Positions 58,195 through 63,615 of a DNA stretch of 63,615 bases are shown one piece after another. Below the pieces are notes generated by a model. That model was not told the DNA's origin and ran no database searches. It saw nothing but the letters and a program-made list of their open reading frames with translations. Both the position numbers and the translations under genes were made by a program. The DNA is from a virus. Its lineage: Duplodnaviria > Caudoviricetes. Each line of letters starts with the position of its first letter. Within the stretch, counting starts at the first letter, position 1. The DNA is taken from the IMG/VR virus record IMGVR_UViG_3300027699_000001, positions 1-63,615 of that record; one strand, written 5' to 3'.

Positions 58195-58818
58195 ATGCGG
58201 AATTTATGTGAGACCTTAACATTCGATCAAGCACAGATGGTCGTTGAATCTGCCAATGAAGGCAAAGACCTTTTTATGAAAGGAATTTGTATTCAAGGAG
58301 GTGTACGCAATGCTAATCAGCGTGTATATCCCGTGAATGAAATTGGTAGGGCTGTCAAAACCCTTAACGATCAAGTGACGGGCGGATATTCGGTTTTAGG
58401 TGAAGTCGATCATCCAGAAGGACTTAATATTAATTTAGATCGTGTAAGCCATATGATCCAGGAAATGTGGATGGATGGCCCAAACGGTTATGGGAAATTA
58501 AAAATACTACCTACCCCGATGGGACAACTAGTTCAAACAATGCTTGAAAGCGGAGTTAAATTAGGCGTTTCATCGCGCGGTAGTGGTAATGTTACAGAAG
58601 ACGGTTCGGGAGAAGTTTCCGAATTTGAAATTATTACTGTTGATGTTGTGGCTCAGCCCAGCGCACCAGGTGCATATCCTACTGCAATTTATGAACAATT
58701 AATGAATTCTAGGGGAGGATATCAGGCATACGAATTAGCAAAGGCAACAAGACACGATACAAAGGCCCAAAAGTATTTAAAAGAATCGCTGATTAACTTA
58801 ATCGGTCGACTCCAATAA
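58195..58818 (+). CDS. gp21: Prohead protease, T4 gp21-like
   Basis: GICIQG..RNANQRVYP, LGEVDHP, RVSH, PTPMG, LGVSSRGSG, DVVAQPSAPGA. Confidence 0.96.
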   Translation: MRNLCETLTFDQAQMVVESANEGKDLFMKGICIQGGVRNANQRVYPVNEIGRAVKTLNDQVTGGYSVLGEVDHPEGLNINLDRVSHMIQEMWMDGPNGYGKLKILPTPMGQLVQTMLESGVKLGVSSRGSGNVTEDGSGEVSEFEIITVDVVAQPSAPGAYPTAIYEQLMNSRGGYQAYELAKATRHDTKAQKYLKESLINLIGRLQ

Positions 58819-58833
58819 CTAGGAGAAATAAAC

Positions 58834-59964
58834 ATGTTGGATGCACTAAAAACTCTATTTGAAAACGATGTTGTTTCAGAAGAAGTGCGCCGCGAGATCG
58901 AGGAAGCATGGGAAGCAAAGGTAAAAGAAAATCGCCTTGCTGTTACTGCTGAACTTCGTGAAGAGTTTGCTCAGAAATATGAACATGATAAGCATGTAAT
59001 GGTGGAAGCTATTGATGCTTTGGTTTCTGAGAAATTAGCAGAAGAAATGAAAGAGTTTGCAGATGATCGCAAACAATTAGCTGAAGCTAAAGCAAAATAT
59101 GCAGTAGCAATGCGTGAAAATGCAATTGTACTCAAAGAATTTGTTTTAAATTCATTAGCTAAAGAAGTTTCTGAACTACACGAAGATCAAAAAATAATGG
59201 CTAACAACTTTTCAAAACTCGAGGAATTTGTGGTAGACTCCTTAGCTAATGAAATAGCTGAGTTTTACGAAGACAAAAAAGACGTGGCAGAAACTAAGGT
59301 ACGCCTTATTAAAGATGCCAAAAAACACTTGACTAAAGTTAAAGAAAACTTTATTCAACACAGTGCAAAAACAGTATCTAAAACAGTTGACAAAGCCCTA
59401 CGTGGCGAAATTACTCAACTTAAAAATGATATTGAAGTTGCACGTAGAAATGATTTTGGACGTAAAGTCTTTGAAGCATTTGCAAATGAATATGCCGGAA
59501 GTTATTTAAATAAAAAATCCGAAACTGCTAAACTTTTAAAAGTTATTAATACAAAAGATAAGCAACTAGCAGAAGCAAAAACATTTGCTGTAAAAGCTAA
59601 GAAGGTAGTGGAAGCACAAGAGAGACAAAAAGACTCACTTATCGAAACTGCAAAGCGTAAAGAAATTATGAATGGTTTAATTGCACCATTGAGCAAACCT
59701 CAACAAGAAATTATGACAGACTTACTGGAAAGTATTCAAACTAGCAGACTACAGTCACAGTTTGAAAAATATTTGCCAACAGTTATTGATGGCGAAGCAC
59801 CAGAAAAGCAGAAGAAGGCTAAATTGATAGAAGGCAAAGAAATTACAGGCAACAGAGAAATAGTAAAAACTAGTAAAACAGTAGACGATTCAAATGTCAT
59901 TGATATTAAACGTTTAGCTGGACTTATTCCAGCCGGCGAGACTCGTTTAGCTGGGATAAATTAA
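58834..59964 (+). CDS. gp22: Prohead scaffold protein, T4 gp22-like
   Basis: Long coiled coil between protease and capsid; GRKVFEAFANE; C-terminal RLAG motif. Confidence 0.85.
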   Translation: MLDALKTLFENDVVSEEVRREIEEAWEAKVKENRLAVTAELREEFAQKYEHDKHVMVEAIDALVSEKLAEEMKEFADDRKQLAEAKAKYAVAMRENAIVLKEFVLNSLAKEVSELHEDQKIMANNFSKLEEFVVDSLANEIAEFYEDKKDVAETKVRLIKDAKKHLTKVKENFIQHSAKTVSKTVDKALRGEITQLKNDIEVARRNDFGRKVFEAFANEYAGSYLNKKSETAKLLKVINTKDKQLAEAKTFAVKAKKVVEAQERQKDSLIETAKRKEIMNGLIAPLSKPQQEIMTDLLESIQTSRLQSQFEKYLPTVIDGEAPEKQKKAKLIEGKEITGNREIVKTSKTVDDSNVIDIKRLAGLIPAGETRLAGIN

Positions 59965-59974
59965 GGAGAAAATA

Positions 59975-61144
59975 ATGTCAGAACTACTAGAAAGTCGCTG
60001 GCAGGATACCAAAGGTGCCCTTCTTGAAGGCCTTATAGGCACAAAGAAAGCCGTTATGGCAACTACTCTGGAAAATACTCGTAAGTATTTGTCAGAAGCT
60101 GCTACTGGTGGCGCTACTTCTGCCGGAAATGTCGCAACTCTTAACAGAGTTATTTTACCCGTTATTAGACGTGTAATGCCAACCGTTATTGCTAACGAAT
60201 TAGTTGGTGTTCAGCCTATGACAGGTCCCGTGGGACAAATCCACACTCTGCGTGTTCGCTATAGCGACACCAATGATAATGTAGTAGCTGGTGAGGAAGC
60301 ACTTTCCCCATTCAAGATTGCTACAGCATATTCAGGTACTGGTACAGACCCAGCAGGCGTTGCAGATGCAACGGCTACGTTAGAAGGGTCAGCTGGTCGA
60401 AGAATGTCAATCCAGATCATGAAGCAAACTGTTGAAGCAAAAACTCGTAAGTTGTCAGCTCGCTGGACTTTTGAGGCTGCTCAGGATGCACAATCACAGC
60501 ATGGTATTGACGTTGAAGCAGAAATTATGGCTGCTTTAGCACAAGAAATTACCGCTGAAATTGATCAGGAAGTTCTCAATAGCCTAGGTACCCTAGCTGG
60601 TACGGCTGCTGAAACATATGACCAAGCTGCTGTAAGTGGTACTGCTACTTTTGTTGGTGATGAACATGCTGCTTTAGCTGTTCAAATCAATCGCGTTAGC
60701 AATTTAATTGCACAACGTACACGTCGCGGTGCAGGTAACTGGTGTGTTGTTAGCCCATTTGCGTTAACAATTCTACAGTCTGCAACAACTTCAGCTTTTG
60801 CACGTACCACAGAAGGTACTTTTGAAGCTCCAACTAACACAAAGTTAGTAGGTACTTTGAATAGTGCAATGAAAGTATATGTTAACACATATGCTGCTGA
60901 TAGTGCCGACGTATTGGTTGGTTATAAAGGTTCAAGCGAATCTGATGCTGCTGCATTCTATTGCCCATACATCCCATTGATGTCAAGCGGTGTAGTGTTA
61001 GATCCTAGTTCATTCGAGCCAGTCGTATCATTTATGACACGATATGGTTACGTTGAGCTTTCTAACTCAGCAAGTTCGCTAGGTAATGCTGCTGATTACT
61101 TGAGTAAAGTAGCAATTACTAACGCTAACGTTAGCTTCCAGTAA
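59975..61144 (+). CDS. gp23: Major capsid protein, T4 gp23-like
   Basis: PVIRRVMP..IANELVGVQPMTGPVGQI, VEAKTRKLSARWTFE.AQD, EIDQE, FYCPYIPL, FMTRYG. Confidence 0.98.
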   Translation: MSELLESRWQDTKGALLEGLIGTKKAVMATTLENTRKYLSEAATGGATSAGNVATLNRVILPVIRRVMPTVIANELVGVQPMTGPVGQIHTLRVRYSDTNDNVVAGEEALSPFKIATAYSGTGTDPAGVADATATLEGSAGRRMSIQIMKQTVEAKTRKLSARWTFEAAQDAQSQHGIDVEAEIMAALAQEITAEIDQEVLNSLGTLAGTAAETYDQAAVSGTATFVGDEHAALAVQINRVSNLIAQRTRRGAGNWCVVSPFALTILQSATTSAFARTTEGTFEAPTNTKLVGTLNSAMKVYVNTYAADSADVLVGYKGSSESDAAAFYCPYIPLMSSGVVLDPSSFEPVVSFMTRYGYVELSNSASSLGNAADYLSKVAITNANVSFQ

Positions 61145-61178
61145 AATGTAAGTTAACAGTTACTTAGGTAACAGAATT

Positions 61179-61206
61179 AAGAGTGACTTCGGTCACTCTT
61201 TTTTTT
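61179..61206 (+). terminator. Rho-independent terminator of the capsid operon
   Basis: AAGAGTGAC-TTCG-GTCACTCTT (cUUCGg tetraloop) followed by a T-run. Confidence 0.95.
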
Positions 61207-61226
61207 GGTTTTTTTTCCAAAATAGG

Positions 61227-61255
61227 TTGACAAACTAATATAGATCATGTATATT
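61227..61255 (+). promoter_or_regulatory. sigma70-type promoter for the downstream RNA
   Basis: TTGACA (61227-32), 17-nt spacer, TATATT (61250-55); predicted start near 61262. Confidence 0.85.
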
Positions 61256-61261
61256 AGTACT

Positions 61262-61508
61262 TGTAATGAGGACGCTCATTACACGGGTTGCAGGGAAGAG
61301 GTGTAGTCGAAGCACCGAACCTGGCTTGTCAGGGGTAGTACCCAGGGGCCTACTCGAAAGAGAACGGTTTCACATTGTGCCTACTAGCACAGGACAAGGC
61401 GTTGCCGCAAAATCGAACAAGGGATTTGGACGGCAGCTGGAGGTAATCCCAAGTCCTTCACCCACCTTTTTTAGAAAGGGCCTAGTACTATTTTGTACTA
61501 GGCTTTTT
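61262..61508 (+). ncRNA. Standalone ~245-nt structured non-coding RNA, unassigned family
   Basis: Own promoter and terminator, clearly higher GC than the flanks, nested helices along its whole length, no credible RBS-led ORF. Confidence 0.8.
61480..61508 (+). terminator. Rho-independent terminator ending the ncRNA
   Basis: GCCTAGTAC-TATTTT-GTACTAGGC followed by TTTTT. Confidence 0.88.
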
Positions 61509-61558
61509 CTTTATTCCTTTCTCAAAAAATCATTGCATACACATTAGTTCTTTGTATG

Positions 61559-61565
61559 ATAAATA
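61559..61565 (+). promoter_or_regulatory. Late promoter ATAAATA
   Basis: Upstream of 61603, after the ncRNA terminator. Confidence 0.6.
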
Positions 61566-61602
61566 CTTTATCAATGAGAGTATACCGCATTAGGATTAAA
61601 TA

Positions 61603-62640
61603 ATGTCAAAAATTTTAAGAGTAGGAAACGGCGACTATAAAATTTTAGTTAAACAAGGAGGTAGTATCACGTTAGATACTACTGATAATGCCCTTGATAA
61701 AACCGGAACAGTTGTAGTTACTGGTAATTTAGAAATTAAAGGAACAACAACCACTGTTGATTCTACCATAGTTACCATTGCAGATAATATTATTGTTCTT
61801 TCTAAAGATAATGTTGCTGCTGGAATTCCTGCTAGTTTAAATTATAGAAGTGGAATAGAAATAGAAAGAGGAAGTTTATTAAATTCCCGTGTAGTATATG
61901 ATGAACAAATAAATTGGACAACAGGTGGTTCTTCAGGTGCAGGAACTTTTACTTTTGAACAAGGAGTTACAACAATTCCTATTAAAGCAAGTGGAATGTT
62001 AAATTCAGGTAGTATCTATTTACAACCCACAGGCGGAACTGTATCTGTAACAAATACTACAAATTATGAAGAACGAGTATATTTTTATGACGGCGGCGTA
62101 GTAACTGATCCTGGAGATGGAATTGTTATAAGAGATGACGACCATTTACCTAATGCAAAAGGTATAGCAGATTATGTAACTTATATTTTAGCCCAAGGTG
62201 CATTTCAAGATAGGATAGAAGAAGGTGCTTATGGGGACGAAACATATGTAGAAACTAAAGATTTTAGTGAAACAGGATTAGAAAGTAATGTAGAAATTGG
62301 CGTAGATGGTAATGCAGTAGGTAACTTTTATTCTAATAGAATAGACTTATTTGATGTAAGAATTGATGCAAATCGAATCTCATCAACAGCTAGTAACCAA
62401 AACTTAATACTAAGTGCTCCTGGTACAGGAACAGTCCAAATTACAGATATTTTAGAAATGTCAGAAACGCCTCATGCTGATGATGTTTCGATTGATCCTG
62501 GAACCCCTTCAGACGGAATAAAAGTTTATTCTAAAACACAAGCAGGCGGCGGCACAGGATTATATTTCGCAAATAAAAGTGCAACCGCCGACGAAATAAT
62601 AAGTAGAAATAGAGCATTAATTTTTAGTATGATATTCTAA
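61603..62640 (+). CDS. Virion structural protein (fibre/neck-like)
   Basis: VVVTGNLEIKGTTTTVDS..TIADNII.L and SGIEIERG, similar to the segment in fibre 14325-16091. Confidence 0.65.
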   Translation: MSKILRVGNGDYKILVKQGGSITLDTTDNALDKTGTVVVTGNLEIKGTTTTVDSTIVTIADNIIVLSKDNVAAGIPASLNYRSGIEIERGSLLNSRVVYDEQINWTTGGSSGAGTFTFEQGVTTIPIKASGMLNSGSIYLQPTGGTVSVTNTTNYEERVYFYDGGVVTDPGDGIVIRDDDHLPNAKGIADYVTYILAQGAFQDRIEEGAYGDETYVETKDFSETGLESNVEIGVDGNAVGNFYSNRIDLFDVRIDANRISSTASNQNLILSAPGTGTVQITDILEMSETPHADDVSIDPGTPSDGIKVYSKTQAGGGTGLYFANKSATADEIISRNRALIFSMIF

Positions 62641-62651
62641 GAGGAAACAAA

Positions 62652-63014
62652 ATGGCAATTATCAATTATCAACTAACCACAGCGCAACTAAATGCAGTGA
62701 CAGTACCTGCTGCGAAACAGTATGCAATTACAAATATAATGGTTTGTAATACATACGATCCAACAGGAGGAAGTCCAGAGCTTCATGATGCAACTTTTAC
62801 AATGCATTTAATTCCAGATGGTGATTCGTTGACAAATGCGGTAACAACTGTTATTAAAGTCCTTTCATTACCTGCAGGAGAAACATTTACATTCGATTCA
62901 GAAAAAATCGTTTTAGGAGCAGGAGATATGTTATCTTTTACTGCTACTTCAGAAACTCCTCCGGGTGCTGGACTTACAGACTTAGCAGTTACAGTTAGTT
63001 ATTTGGAAGTTTAA
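62652..63014 (+). CDS. Small beta-rich probable virion protein
   Basis: 120 aa, GAGG RBS, LPAGETFTFDSEKIVLGAGD. Confidence 0.6.
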   Translation: MAIINYQLTTAQLNAVTVPAAKQYAITNIMVCNTYDPTGGSPELHDATFTMHLIPDGDSLTNAVTTVIKVLSLPAGETFTFDSEKIVLGAGDMLSFTATSETPPGAGLTDLAVTVSYLEV

Positions 63015-63015
63015 T

Positions 63016-63615
63016 ATGCGTTTAATAAAAGCTCAAAATACAAACTTGAGAACTATTTACGGTAAAGGCGTTAAGTATGACGTAGATGATCAAGTTATAA
63101 TTGATAGCACAAACACTGTTCTTATGCCTAAAGGAACTACAGCACAACGTCCTACATCTCCAAATAACGGACATGTTAGGTACAATACTGATGATAACCA
63201 ATTAGAAGCATATCAAAATGGTGCCTGGAGAGAAATTCGTTTCAAAGAACCTAATCAAGATCCTAGCATTGTACAACAAAACTTAGGTAATGGTGATGCA
63301 ACTATTGTACTTTTTGGTCCATTAGATAGTCAAGATACCGATTATCCTGCGCCCGCAGCAGCTCAAAATGTTCTTGTATTTGTAGAAAATGTTTTTCAAG
63401 TATCTACTACTAACTACACTCTTGTACAAAATCCTTCTACAACTAACACTGGACAAGAAGTTGTAGCAGGTGCATTTGTAGTATCCACAGAATATATTAT
63501 TACAGTAACAGGAACAACAGACTTCACTCTTATAGGTGCAGCCAATAGTAACGTAGGTACAGTGTTTACAGCAACCGGTGCAGGTTCTGGCGACGGCGAA
63601 GCAAGACCTACTGGT
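63016..63615 (+). CDS. Virion structural/fibre protein, 5' part only (runs off window; not in ORF track)
   Basis: Hand-translated MRLIKAQNTNLR...MPKGTTAQRPTSPNNGHVRYNTD..QLEAYQNGAW; the GTTAQRP..G..RYNT motif is common in phage fibres. Confidence 0.75.
   Translation, partial: MRLIKAQNTNLRTIYGKGVKYDVDDQVIIDSTNTVLMPKGTTAQRPTSPNNGHVRYNTDDNQLEAYQNGAWREIRFKEPNQDPSIVQQNLGNGDATIVLFGPLDSQDTDYPAPAAAQNVLVFVENVFQVSTTNYTLVQNPSTTNTGQEVVAGAFVVSTEYIITVTGTTDFTLIGAANSNVGTVFTATGAGSGDGEARPTG

Noticed and set aside
61285-61325. Cobalamin riboswitch-like AGGGAA..GGTG segment
   Set aside because: No GCCACTG/B12-box elements follow, and the unit is terminated independently upstream of a late structural gene.
61266-61547. 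93-aa ORF after the capsid gene
   Set aside because: The ATG is buried in a 9-bp hairpin, there is no SD, composition is atypical, and the frame runs through a strong terminator. Better explained as a structured RNA, although leaderless translation cannot be fully excluded.
1-63615. Stop-codon reassignment, inteins or introns in core genes
   Set aside because: Genes are full length in the standard code and end in TAA, TGA and TAG. Portal, gp46, gp47, protease and capsid have no unexplained large insertions.

Overview
AT-rich 63.6-kb segment of a large, distantly T4-like contractile-tailed (myovirus-type) phage using the standard code. No database searches were possible, so all calls rest on motif recognition and synteny. 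From 1 to about 43.9 kb is one minus-strand late region: tube initiator/gp53/hub/gp5 spike/PAAR/gp25/gp6, a giant 5129-aa baseplate protein, paralogous fibre proteins, and then a translationally coupled cassette of glycosyltransferase-like, radical SAM and SGNH-like genes. From about 44 kb onward, mostly on the plus strand, a perfect sigma70 promoter drives the gp55-like late sigma factor, gp47/gp46 and a GIY-YIG nuclease. These are followed by a probable internal head protein, tail-assembly chaperones, tape measure, and the head module (portal, core, protease, scaffold, major capsid). The most striking unexplained signals are four. (1) A ~245-nt structured RNA with its own sigma70 promoter and terminator after the capsid gene, folding into an expanded tRNA-like cloverleaf (61262-61508). 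(2) A ~370-nt pseudoknotted non-coding element directly after the GIY-YIG nuclease (48755-49125). (3) A probable -1 ribosomal frameshift joining the gp26-like and gp51-like ORFs. (4) A possible virion glycosylation/modification system under late control. I found no CRISPR array, canonical tRNA, integrase or transposase.
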